The notes under the pieces: model-generated
The model's input: the letters and a program-made list of their open reading frames with translations, nothing else
Database searches by the model: none
What the model was told of the DNA's origin: nothing
From: an uncultured virus (IMG/VR IMGVR_UViG_3300031760_000031)
Taxonomy: Duplodnaviria; Heunggongvirae; Uroviricota; Caudoviricetes
Reading direction: 5' to 3' (one strand)
Virus record (IMG/VR): IMGVR_UViG_3300031760_000031
DNA length: 64,000 bases
Position numbers and translations under genes: made by a program
In this document: positions 45,810-54,929 of the stretch, in pieces
How positions within the stretch are numbered: position 1 is the stretch's first letter
How the letters are laid out: each line of letters opens with the position of its first letter

Positions 45810-48800
45810 TATCCATTTACCTCCGATCCCATAAATGATGGGAACATATTCTTTGCTCTACTATCCACCATCAGGAATAGCTCAGTAAATAAGTAATAGA
45901 ATATAGCGCTATCCATCTCTACATAATTTCCGATTTCAGCTTTAAATTTAGCAAGTCTATACTCGGCAGTATCGTTTGTATATGTTACATTGCCATATGT
46001 AACAGCTGAAGGAAGCGCACTGTTTGTAGCAGCAGTTGTATCAGTCTTTACGATCCAGCTTGCAAAGCCACTTAAATTCGTAATATTGAAATAATCTTCA
46101 GGATATCTCGATTCAAAGTCGCTTCTCCAATCATTTCCAGCATAGTAATCTGATTTCCAGAGTACCCTATTGGAAGTATTGTTTAAAACTTCCCAAGATT
46201 CATCACCATTTTGAAAACCGAAGACTTCAGGTGTACCCTTATCGTTATTGAAGTTATACTTTCCTAAAAAGCTTACATCTGTTCCGTTATCCCAGAACAT
46301 AACGATCGGGAAACCGTCAATACCTTGTCGTACTTTAGGATTTTGTTCCTGTGCGGGTGTCTTATATGGGCAAACACTATCATATAGTCTTACTAACTCG
46401 ACGTTATTAGCACCTTCCGATGAAGCAACATCAGCCTTGAATGTAAATGTGCTTACTGGAATTGCATCCGCATTCATTGCATAAGTTGAGCCCTGAGCCC
46501 CATCGATAATAAAGCCATTCTTGAACTTGATTTTATAGTTCTTTCTAGCATAATACTGCGATGAAGTACCCTGAACATCGACTTGTGCTCCAGTAAAAGT
46601 GAACGACTTAGTTGGATCAATCGGATCAACATATGATCCTTCCATTGTCTTTTTATCGCCCTTATATTGCGGTAATACCGAGCCCTTAAGAATCATGTAA
46701 GGAAGATCTGATGGAAGTTTCGAAATAACAATTGAACCATACTCATCGAATACATTATTATGTCTAAATCTCGCAAGCATTGTATCGACATTCTGAGTGT
46801 CTGCAATCCAGTTGTCAAGAATCTGATATCTAGTCAAGTTATTGTCGTAGACTCGTATACAGTAAATATCAGTCGTACAATATGCGGAACCGATTGTTAT
46901 ACCTACAGGATTCGCCTGCTCAAAGTTATCATCTGCTGGATATTGAATAACGCCAGACATAATACCATTGAGATAGCAGTAAACAAGACGATTTTCGTTT
47001 CTCTTTTCGACAACAAAGGCAACTCTGACATGTTCGTTTTCTTTGTACTGAACTGAGATTTCTGACTGTGCAGATTTGATCATCATTTTCTGCGGTGTCA
47101 GCTGAATACCCATGTTGCCGCTAAAGCATGAAAACATGATCGTATCGTAGTTACCAACGTCTCTTGTCGCAAACTCAACTTCGATCGTCTTACCGGTAGT
47201 TCTGAAATCCTGGCCAAATATATAATAAGGAATCGTAACAACATCATCACCCGTAATTCGAAGGACTGTGTTTCTGTCATCATCGAGCACCCATCCATCG
47301 GAAGAATAAGTGAAATTGCTTAAAGTTGCATGAATATCGCCATAGTTCCAGACTGAAGGATCGCTTTCTGAATTACTTCGACCTTGTGAAGTTAAATATA
47401 ATGCCAGGTCTTCGGTTTCTGCCTTTGCGGTAACGTCAGATTCAGTTACCTCGATCTCAAATGTCTTGCTTACTTCGCCGCATACGATGCTCAAAGTAAT
47501 ATCACCAATCTCGATTGGCCTATAAGTCCATACTTGCTCGGTTCTGTCAACCGTTAAAGTTGAAACAGTATTCCCATTGACCTGAAGCGAAATATCAGCG
47601 TTCAAATTGCTTGGATCGTAGACATAATATGGAATCGCAATATTTGAATATTGAGAAACCACATCTTGGTTATAGTTGGATGCAATGACTGGTGTTGTAT
47701 TTCCAGTCTCCAAGCACATCAGATCGTAGTAAAGTTCATTAGAAAGAACTGTCTGTTCCGCAATGACAGCATCGAAATATACCAGTAAAGTATGCGAACC
47801 ATGAGTCAAAGCTGGAATTGTATAGGTCTGCTGTCTTCCTGAGACAGATGTGACCTGTGTTCCGATCTGAATACCATCGACAATAAAGTGTACTGTCTTT
47901 TCAACATTACCTGTCGGCACATAAGGGAAGCTTATCGAACCGGAGAATGGTGTTTCGACAGTAAAGGATGAAGTAATGGTAAGTGCCACCATCGTTACAT
48001 TGAAGTTTAAGACCTTACTATTGGAGTAAACATCTGTAACTTTGATTCGGACAGTGTTGTTACCTGTGGAAATATAATTCGTAATATTGAGTGTAACATC
48101 ACCCTGCTGGATCGTTCGAATCGACTTAGCTGAACCATTAACTGTTATCGTGACATTACCAAATCCCGTTGGTTCTTCATCTTCTAACGAAGTCCAGTTG
48201 AATGAGATGTTACAAGCTGTTCCATATGACAGAGTCTTAGAAATCCATCCTGTGGTATTTGTGACAGTTAATACAGCATTATTTCCGCCATCTCCACCGC
48301 CACCGCCTCCTCCACCGCCAATACCGGTGATCTGGAAAAGCTGTTCGTCATCATGCATAAAATAAGCTACGCCATCTTCGACGTAGCCATTATTTACGTA
48401 GCTAAGTAATTCTGTGTTAATACTTTCAATACTCTGAGCATTATTTGTAATGTCATTTGTTAATGCATCGACCTGTGCTGTAACTACTTTATTTTGAAGA
48501 GGATTAGTTGAAGTTTCGCTAAGAGCGGTATCCAGTTTGACAGCGCCTACAGTTGTAGTTGTCGCATCTGGAAGTTTCATATAGTTGATCTTACCGTCTT
48601 CCAGAATCGGTACTTCAGATGTTTCATTATTTCCGTAGGTAAATGTGACGCTCTTAATACCAGGCTGTTCCTGTTTTTGAACTTTAACGACACCAAATGC
48701 ATTTCTAGTTGCAGCAGGAATATTAACTACTCTAGACGAATCAGGTGTTAATGTAACTCCATTAAGTGTAATCGTTTCTATTGTGTTTACTTCCGACCCT

Positions 48801-49360
48801 GCTTCAATTGCGTTGAGTTTCGTTTTATCAGCTGCAGACATTAAACCATCTGAACCAGATGTAGCATGGTAGTAAGCTGTACCATTTTCTCTTACAAAAA
48901 CACCATCTGTGTAAATGAATGTGGCGATAGTTCCAGGTTTTACATAAAATGGAGAAAGTTTATCACCAGGCATTGATATGTTCGGCAATTCCTGAAATAG
49001 CTTATAACCAGTTTCGTCTACAGAAATATATGCATTGTGGTCTGATGGAACACCATTTTCAAATAAAATTGCAAAACGGTCGCCATTTCTAAACGAGTTA
49101 AAACTGCTATCGGTTGTTGTGACATTAAACTTATAGCCATCAAATATTTCGTCATATACTTCGTTCGGAAGATCTGTTGACACGCCAAACCAGCTTCTAT
49201 TTACTTGCGCCCCAGCTTCAACGTTCGCTAGTTTATTAAGACTCTGAACAAACGGTGTAACATTATACTTTCTAGATTTTATACCATCATCAACAACTAA
49301 ATAATAATCACCAGATAATTCTGTAAGTAATTCTAATTCAGTAATTCGTTTATCACTCAT
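45809..49360 (-). CDS. large tail fibre protein with N-terminal part of CotH-like kinase domain
   Basis: GLMSAADKTKL fibre repeats, poly-Gly linker, QGTSS..Y.RKNYK, GKYNFNNDK, DSRAKN at C-terminus. Confidence 0.75.
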   Translation of the reverse strand: MSDKRITELELLTELSGDYYLVVDDGIKSRKYNVTPFVQSLNKLANVEAGAQVNRSWFGVSTDLPNEVYDEIFDGYKFNVTTTDSSFNSFRNGDRFAILFENGVPSDHNAYISVDETGYKLFQELPNISMPGDKLSPFYVKPGTIATFIYTDGVFVRENGTAYYHATSGSDGLMSAADKTKLNAIEAGSEVNTIETITLNGVTLTPDSSRVVNIPAATRNAFGVVKVQKQEQPGIKSVTFTYGNNETSEVPILEDGKINYMKLPDATTTTVGAVKLDTALSETSTNPLQNKVVTAQVDALTNDITNNAQSIESINTELLSYVNNGYVEDGVAYFMHDDEQLFQITGIGGGGGGGGGDGGNNAVLTVTNTTGWISKTLSYGTACNISFNWTSLEDEEPTGFGNVTITVNGSAKSIRTIQQGDVTLNITNYISTGNNTVRIKVTDVYSNSKVLNFNVTMVALTITSSFTVETPFSGSISFPYVPTGNVEKTVHFIVDGIQIGTQVTSVSGRQQTYTIPALTHGSHTLLVYFDAVIAEQTVLSNELYYDLMCLETGNTTPVIASNYNQDVVSQYSNIAIPYYVYDPSNLNADISLQVNGNTVSTLTVDRTEQVWTYRPIEIGDITLSIVCGEVSKTFEIEVTESDVTAKAETEDLALYLTSQGRSNSESDPSVWNYGDIHATLSNFTYSSDGWVLDDDRNTVLRITGDDVVTIPYYIFGQDFRTTGKTIEVEFATRDVGNYDTIMFSCFSGNMGIQLTPQKMMIKSAQSEISVQYKENEHVRVAFVVEKRNENRLVYCYLNGIMSGVIQYPADDNFEQANPVGITIGSAYCTTDIYCIRVYDNNLTRYQILDNWIADTQNVDTMLARFRHNNVFDEYGSIVISKLPSDLPYMILKGSVLPQYKGDKKTMEGSYVDPIDPTKSFTFTGAQVDVQGTSSQYYARKNYKIKFKNGFIIDGAQGSTYAMNADAIPVSTFTFKADVASSEGANNVELVRLYDSVCPYKTPAQEQNPKVRQGIDGFPIVMFWDNGTDVSFLGKYNFNNDKGTPEVFGFQNGDESWEVLNNTSNRVLWKSDYYAGNDWRSDFESRYPEDYFNITNLSGFASWIVKTDTTAATNSALPSAVTYGNVTYTNDTAEYRLAKFKAEIGNYVEMDSAIFYYLFTELFLMVDSRAKNMFPSFMGSEVNG

Positions 49361-49363
49361 GAA

Positions 49364-49777
49364 TTATCCTCCTAGTTCTCTAATACGATCTCTCCAAGTT
49401 TTACGCTTTCTGATCGTGTCTTTATATTCTTTTGAATACTTGATGTTTATGGCTATAACATCTCTGATCCATGTCAAAGGATTATCTAAAGCGATAATCT
49501 CTTCCAGCCATTTAGACGCAATATAATCGGTATCAATTAGTCTTTGCTTTAATAAAGAAATCTCTTTTTCAGTATCTTTCTTTATCGAAGAAGCGGCCAT
49601 TTCGCTCCATTTTGATTCATCGAATACAAGCTCATCTTTACCAAGCTTATATGCCGCCATTCTGCCGTTACTAAAGTCGTATTTGCTTAAATCTAACTCA
49701 ACAAAATCAAGTTTTGAACCTGTATGACGGATAAATACTACATATCCGTTTCGATCTGTTACAACTTCGTATTTCAT
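49364..49777 (-). CDS. tail fibre assembly-like protein
   Basis: LK..L.DTDY...K...R...RDRI pattern. Confidence 0.6.
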   Translation of the reverse strand: MKYEVVTDRNGYVVFIRHTGSKLDFVELDLSKYDFSNGRMAAYKLGKDELVFDESKWSEMAASSIKKDTEKEISLLKQRLIDTDYIASKWLEEIIALDNPLTWIRDVIAINIKYSKEYKDTIRKRKTWRDRIRELGG

Positions 49778-50472
49778 TTTGGCGCTTTCAACAGCAAATA
49801 AGCATGCATCGCATATGTATCGTTATAATCATCTGCATCAACATTAGAATCGGCCTTTTGACGTTTCAACAATGTTAAAATTCCAGTACTTTGGTTATAT
49901 GACTTCTCTATAGTATGATTGTAGCTTACAGTCCATGTACCAGGATAACCTCTGAAATGATGATAAAGATATGTGCTTACTGCTTTTTGCGGAAATATAA
50001 AATTATCAACTGTAAACGTGCTATATTTATCCGGAAATCTTGTTTTTATATCAAATGTTTTTGCTGAACCCAAATCAATTAATTTACTTGAATCCAAAAC
50101 AATAACAGGAACAACATTAGCATTTTTAACGTTATCTCCAGATGCATAATGCACGGAACTGAAGGTCCCTGTATTTGCATCGTAACTCTTATTTAACCAT
50201 CCCCATATAGTAACATAACCAGTTTCTTCTCCGGCATTAGTAAGGCTATGGCTAACGCCTTTAACATCATCCATTGATAAATAATAAAAATTATCTACAG
50301 TTAGTTCTTTATATTTTGAAGTATATTGTTTGACATCCCAACTAGTTCCTGACGGCAATTTAATGATTTTGCCATTCGTCCAAATTTCTTTATCTCCCCA
50401 ATAAATCTGTGAGATCTCTTTATCACCCCAAAATACTTGGTCGATCTCTTTCTCTCCCCAGAATAACGGCAT
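49774..50472 (-). CDS. tail-associated protein
   Basis: WG.KEI repeated three times at N-terminus; internal Y..TVDNF repeat. Confidence 0.65.
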   Translation of the reverse strand: MPLFWGEKEIDQVFWGDKEISQIYWGDKEIWTNGKIIKLPSGTSWDVKQYTSKYKELTVDNFYYLSMDDVKGVSHSLTNAGEETGYVTIWGWLNKSYDANTGTFSSVHYASGDNVKNANVVPVIVLDSSKLIDLGSAKTFDIKTRFPDKYSTFTVDNFIFPQKAVSTYLYHHFRGYPGTWTVSYNHTIEKSYNQSTGILTLLKRQKADSNVDADDYNDTYAMHAYLLLKAPK

Positions 50473-50474
50473 AA

Positions 50475-51107
50475 TTAACTCTCCGGAACAAAGTAAAGAG
50501 TTTTTGAATCTTTGGATGCTAAAGCGTTATATGATGATTCACTAATAATCTTAAAATTAATTTCAACTTTACCTTCAACACTTGTTAAATCCTTAGATAC
50601 TTTCAATAACGGCGCTGCAGGATCTGTATTCATTCGTAAATTAATACCGCCAACAGAAGTTGAACCAGAACCACGAATGACTCGTAAATCTTCAACAGAT
50701 GATATACCACTTGCACCAGACGTAATCTTATATAAGACAAGATCACGTTTTGATCCGTTACCATTCAAATTATCGCTTTGCGCATTACTTAAATTTGTAA
50801 TAGATTCAAATAAACCTCTTTGGCCGTTTGGTTTAGTTAAATCAATTCTAGCAACTATGTAATATGTAGCATTCGCAGTAATATCAATAGTTGTTCTGCT
50901 TGTTATTTTGAAAAAACCTCCACCAATAACAGCCTGGCTTCCTGCTTCGAAATATGCTGATAAATTTGAAGACGAATAATGTAATGTAAATTCGTCACCG
51001 ACGCTCGCGCAAATACAATCAGGAGTTGCTACAGCATATACTGCGCCATCATATTTTGATTCGATCTGATAATCTTCGCCATTATCGTAAAGCGTTTGAA
51101 TTGCCAT
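50475..51107 (-). CDS. baseplate protein
   Basis: IVARIDL, DLVLYKI, DLR; position after Tal. Confidence 0.65.
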   Translation of the reverse strand: MAIQTLYDNGEDYQIESKYDGAVYAVATPDCICASVGDEFTLHYSSSNLSAYFEAGSQAVIGGGFFKITSRTTIDITANATYYIVARIDLTKPNGQRGLFESITNLSNAQSDNLNGNGSKRDLVLYKITSGASGISSVEDLRVIRGSGSTSVGGINLRMNTDPAAPLLKVSKDLTSVEGKVEINFKIISESSYNALASKDSKTLYFVPES

Positions 51108-51119
51108 AATAAAACCTCC

Positions 51120-51584
51120 TTACAGTTTTCTATAAACAAAATTTCTAGATGTTTCGAATTCATCTAGAAGTCTTCTTGGATCATAAACACGAATATTAAA
51201 ATCCCTATGAAAAAACACATTGACCTTACTGATCGAATAGGTCTCGAGTAAACTATTGATCAAGCCAATGGCTGTATTTACAGATTCGTTAAATACTGCA
51301 TTACTAAGACTTGTACATATCGCTATGGCGATTGTAAATTTGTCGCCAGCGCCATTATACTTTCCAGTATGATTCACCATGTATTCATCAGGCATGAGCT
51401 GGGTAATGGTCTTGTTATCTACAATATAGTGAAAACAGGTATTTTGCTTTGATTCGTTGTTGTAATAATTCTCATAATCTTCGATTGTCTTTCCAATTCC
51501 GTTAACTTCATAAATTGTAATTCCTCGAATATCTTCAATAGATCTAGGATGACCATATTGAAGCCATTTTCTTTCATCTAGCAT
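51120..51584 (-). CDS. Amidase_2-fold protein, probably catalytically degenerate
   Basis: FHYIVD...HTG...IAIC...HRDF; H->Y and E->A at expected catalytic positions. Confidence 0.65.
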   Translation of the reverse strand: MLDERKWLQYGHPRSIEDIRGITIYEVNGIGKTIEDYENYYNNESKQNTCFHYIVDNKTITQLMPDEYMVNHTGKYNGAGDKFTIAIAICTSLSNAVFNESVNTAIGLINSLLETYSISKVNVFFHRDFNIRVYDPRRLLDEFETSRNFVYRKL

Positions 51585-51598
51585 AAATATCAGTCCTC

Positions 51599-53830
51599 CT
51601 AGATCTTTTTTAATGTTAATAACTGTGTTAGTTTTGTTCTAACTTTACCACAAATAAAATCGACAGTTTCAATATTTACATTCTCTGCTTTTTTTATCTC
51701 ATAGCCAGTTAAAACCGATTCATAATAATCGTTTGTTGTATAAATTCCTAATGACGCACCAAGATTAAACTGATCAAAATCATAGACAAAGTTCTTTAAA
51801 ACTAATGTAAAACTGATCTGATGATTATACATCTGCTTAGGAAGATAGTTTGCAACCAAGTCTGCAATTGGATCGTCACTAAATACAATTTCTGTATTTG
51901 TTGATGTCATTCTGACTATATCAGCAGCAGTTACTTCAAAAGTTCCTGCTTCTGTTGCCACCCATGTTGCTCGATAAGTAACCTCATCTCCGGCAAATAT
52001 AATTAATCGGTTTGTCTCTTCCGTTGTAGTAATCGGGTTTATATTAGCAATAGCGTACATGTTATTGCCAACGTTAATCATCTCATAGTCCGGAACACGA
52101 ATTGTAACGGTATTGGCATCTGCAATATCGATATAAAACTCAAATATAATTCCATATTTTTCATAGAGATAATAGATAAACTCTTCAAAGTCCATCGTCT
52201 CTCCAACATCATAAGTCGGAAGGTTTATTCCGGTATGATTTGCTATATAATTGACCGTTATACCAGATAGACGTTGTGCAATAAGCGGATCTGTGTAATC
52301 GCTACCGACGATATTACCAGCTGCATAAAAATCAACAATGTTCTTAATATTTTGCTCAAGAATGACAGCGGTATCTGCTGGTTTTGTCGAATTTAAACCA
52401 AGGACATCGTCCAACATCGTAATTCTTAACTTGTCTGTAACTTTTGTCCAGTGAGAAGCCGTCCATTTTTCAGGAGTTGTTATTGCTGTTTTACATACAT
52501 AAATAGCTTCTGAATATCCGACATAAGTTCCAACCGTATAAGTTTTTGTTGCATCATATGGTTTGAATGACATGTAATTTAAATACATATCCCAGCCATC
52601 AGATCCAGTCCCTTCTGTATAAAGAACATTGATCTTGTTCATCCCTTTAACAAGCTGCATATCAACCATAGTGCCTTGGCCAGAATCAAGATCCCCATAA
52701 TTTATATCGTTAATATAGATGGATCCATTATCTTGCGTAATAAACGTTGCATGAACGATCGTTGGCTTCTTACACCAGATATAAGTCGTTGCCCTGGCTG
52801 TGTAATTATCGCCAATATTTATTGCTGCAGTTGACCCATCAGTATATGTGCTGGTTGAAACCGGAGATAACGCATCAATATCATCAATATGCGGATATGT
52901 GCTTTCGATTTTATCGTATTTCTCAAAGAACCAGCTATTGTCATAAGAATCTGGTAAGTTTTCACCTTTTTCGTAAATCCATTGTCCTTTATAAAAAGAT
53001 TGCATTTGTGAACAAATAATTCTTTTTTCTTTAGACAATTCATTAACTACTTCTATCGACTTAATCACACCATTATAGAGAAATGTGCCTTTTGGATCAT
53101 ACAAAACAAGAACATCCCCTGCTTCGACATTATCCGGAAGGTCATAAACATTAAAAGTACTGTTCGCTGTAGTCATCAAGTCGACAGAAATTTCGAATGT
53201 TTTTACTCTGACAAATGCTTTTGGAAGATCTCTAAGCGCTGTTTGATCTTTAATAAAACAACTATATTGGAAAATACCCTCTGTACTCGGAGCTTTTCTA
53301 TAAGAAGCTACAAGAGTTGTATGGTATTGATTAACAGTAATTCCCCTTGGATTTTCCGTAGAGCCGTCCGACCACATATAAAAGTTATAGTTCGGAAATG
53401 GTCTTGCCCAAACAGATGTCTCAAATGGCTCATATTGATCATTCGTAGACACATAAACACTTGTATGCGGAGTATCTGTGATTGCCTCAAGATGATATTT
53501 TGGATCTTCTTCAAAATATCCAGTTACATAAACATCTTGATCGGCATGCAATGAATATGTTGATTCTGTAATTTCAATTCTGTCTTGATCAACAATAAAT
53601 TTTCCAGAATCTTCAGCTATAATTGGTGTTCCAAAAGAGTCACTAACTAAAAAAGCATTAACCGGATAGAACTCCATTTTGACTAAATGATGATGCTCAT
53701 TTGGAGTCGCAACAAAGTCTATCCAGTTCTCCATGTATTCATCAGATTCTGGACTAGATCCATCTGGTTGATGCCTTGTATACGTAAGTGTTCCATTACC
53801 AATTACAGTAATATATACATTCCATATCAT
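51599..53830 (-). CDS. Tal/baseplate hub protein with inserted carbohydrate-binding modules
   Basis: follows Dit; WSDG..ENPR repeat, PA14-like and PYDATKTY..G CBM inserts. Confidence 0.7.
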   Translation of the reverse strand: MIWNVYITVIGNGTLTYTRHQPDGSSPESDEYMENWIDFVATPNEHHHLVKMEFYPVNAFLVSDSFGTPIIAEDSGKFIVDQDRIEITESTYSLHADQDVYVTGYFEEDPKYHLEAITDTPHTSVYVSTNDQYEPFETSVWARPFPNYNFYMWSDGSTENPRGITVNQYHTTLVASYRKAPSTEGIFQYSCFIKDQTALRDLPKAFVRVKTFEISVDLMTTANSTFNVYDLPDNVEAGDVLVLYDPKGTFLYNGVIKSIEVVNELSKEKRIICSQMQSFYKGQWIYEKGENLPDSYDNSWFFEKYDKIESTYPHIDDIDALSPVSTSTYTDGSTAAINIGDNYTARATTYIWCKKPTIVHATFITQDNGSIYINDINYGDLDSGQGTMVDMQLVKGMNKINVLYTEGTGSDGWDMYLNYMSFKPYDATKTYTVGTYVGYSEAIYVCKTAITTPEKWTASHWTKVTDKLRITMLDDVLGLNSTKPADTAVILEQNIKNIVDFYAAGNIVGSDYTDPLIAQRLSGITVNYIANHTGINLPTYDVGETMDFEEFIYYLYEKYGIIFEFYIDIADANTVTIRVPDYEMINVGNNMYAIANINPITTTEETNRLIIFAGDEVTYRATWVATEAGTFEVTAADIVRMTSTNTEIVFSDDPIADLVANYLPKQMYNHQISFTLVLKNFVYDFDQFNLGASLGIYTTNDYYESVLTGYEIKKAENVNIETVDFICGKVRTKLTQLLTLKKI

Positions 53831-53843
53831 AGGTTCTCACCTC

Positions 53844-54914
53844 TTAGACAGAGAAGTAGCTATTCTTGAATGCCACCTCCACGGTTCCGGCGAATTCTTC
53901 AAGATTACCAGCCGATAATACAAATATTGATTTGCCAACATTCAAACGGCACCAAGTAAAATTAGCTATTCCATCACGAATATCAAACGCCTGACGCTGT
54001 TCTGGATTTGATATAACAATTCCATCTTCATCTTCAAGATAAATATAAGTTTCTCCGTCGACACTATCAACAATGACATGACTGTATGTCCCTTTTAAAG
54101 CGCATAAGCCATAAAGGACATTATTTTGGTATAAACTAAACATCGGATTTTCAATTACACCATTGACGGTAAATACAAATCCAACATCGTCTGTTCCTGT
54201 ATTATTTATTTCCAATCCAGAACCAAAGTTATCGCTTAGATAATAATAAGGCCGCATCAAAGGATAGTTTTTACCATACTGGATCATTTCCCAATGAGCG
54301 TCGTTGTACTCTTCTGGTGTATCGATCTGTGAGATACATTGGAATGTTTTCTTAATCTCGTCACCATTATGGATTATGGTTCTTTGAACCCGGTCGCCAA
54401 TATCATATGTTTTTGTTGCATCATACGGTGGAGTTGCTTCTTCAAGCTGCATACTGTTTGACAGCGTATAAACATGCTCGGATGAATCAAGCCATTGGGA
54501 TAATCTATGTATGTTTATTTGGACTGATAGAACGCCATTTTGCGACATTTCGCCTTTTGACACTTGACTAATGATAACGTTAGCATAAAAACTATATCGC
54601 TCATCATCGACAAAGTTTGGTGTCAAATAATGGAATTCTAAAGGTTTAAATCTTATAAAGCTAATAAACTTCTGATAATCCTCATAAATAATATTAGGGG
54701 AATCGCCATAAAAGACGAGTTCCCCCGAAATATCAACCATATCCAAGCCCTCTGTTATCAAAAGCTCAGAATTATTAATTTTTCTGGTCTTGTAATTCGC
54801 TTTGAAACCAAAACCAGAAGGAGTATTTAAGAAAGTTTTCGATTTCTTTTCATCGGTCAAATAGTATTTCTCGCCAAGTGAATTCACCAGCCAGAATTTT
54901 CTATATGTAGCCAT
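53844..54914 (-). CDS. distal tail protein (Dit) with CBM insert
   Basis: immediately after tape measure; PSGFG, NNTGTDD; PYDATKTYDIGD insert. Confidence 0.75.
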   Translation of the reverse strand: MATYRKFWLVNSLGEKYYLTDEKKSKTFLNTPSGFGFKANYKTRKINNSELLITEGLDMVDISGELVFYGDSPNIIYEDYQKFISFIRFKPLEFHYLTPNFVDDERYSFYANVIISQVSKGEMSQNGVLSVQINIHRLSQWLDSSEHVYTLSNSMQLEEATPPYDATKTYDIGDRVQRTIIHNGDEIKKTFQCISQIDTPEEYNDAHWEMIQYGKNYPLMRPYYYLSDNFGSGLEINNTGTDDVGFVFTVNGVIENPMFSLYQNNVLYGLCALKGTYSHVIVDSVDGETYIYLEDEDGIVISNPEQRQAFDIRDGIANFTWCRLNVGKSIFVLSAGNLEEFAGTVEVAFKNSYFSV

Positions 54915-54929
54915 ATGAGTCCTCCTTCC

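Noticed and set aside
48290..48325. GC-rich ccgcca repeat
   Set aside because: Encodes the poly-Gly linker of the tail fibre.
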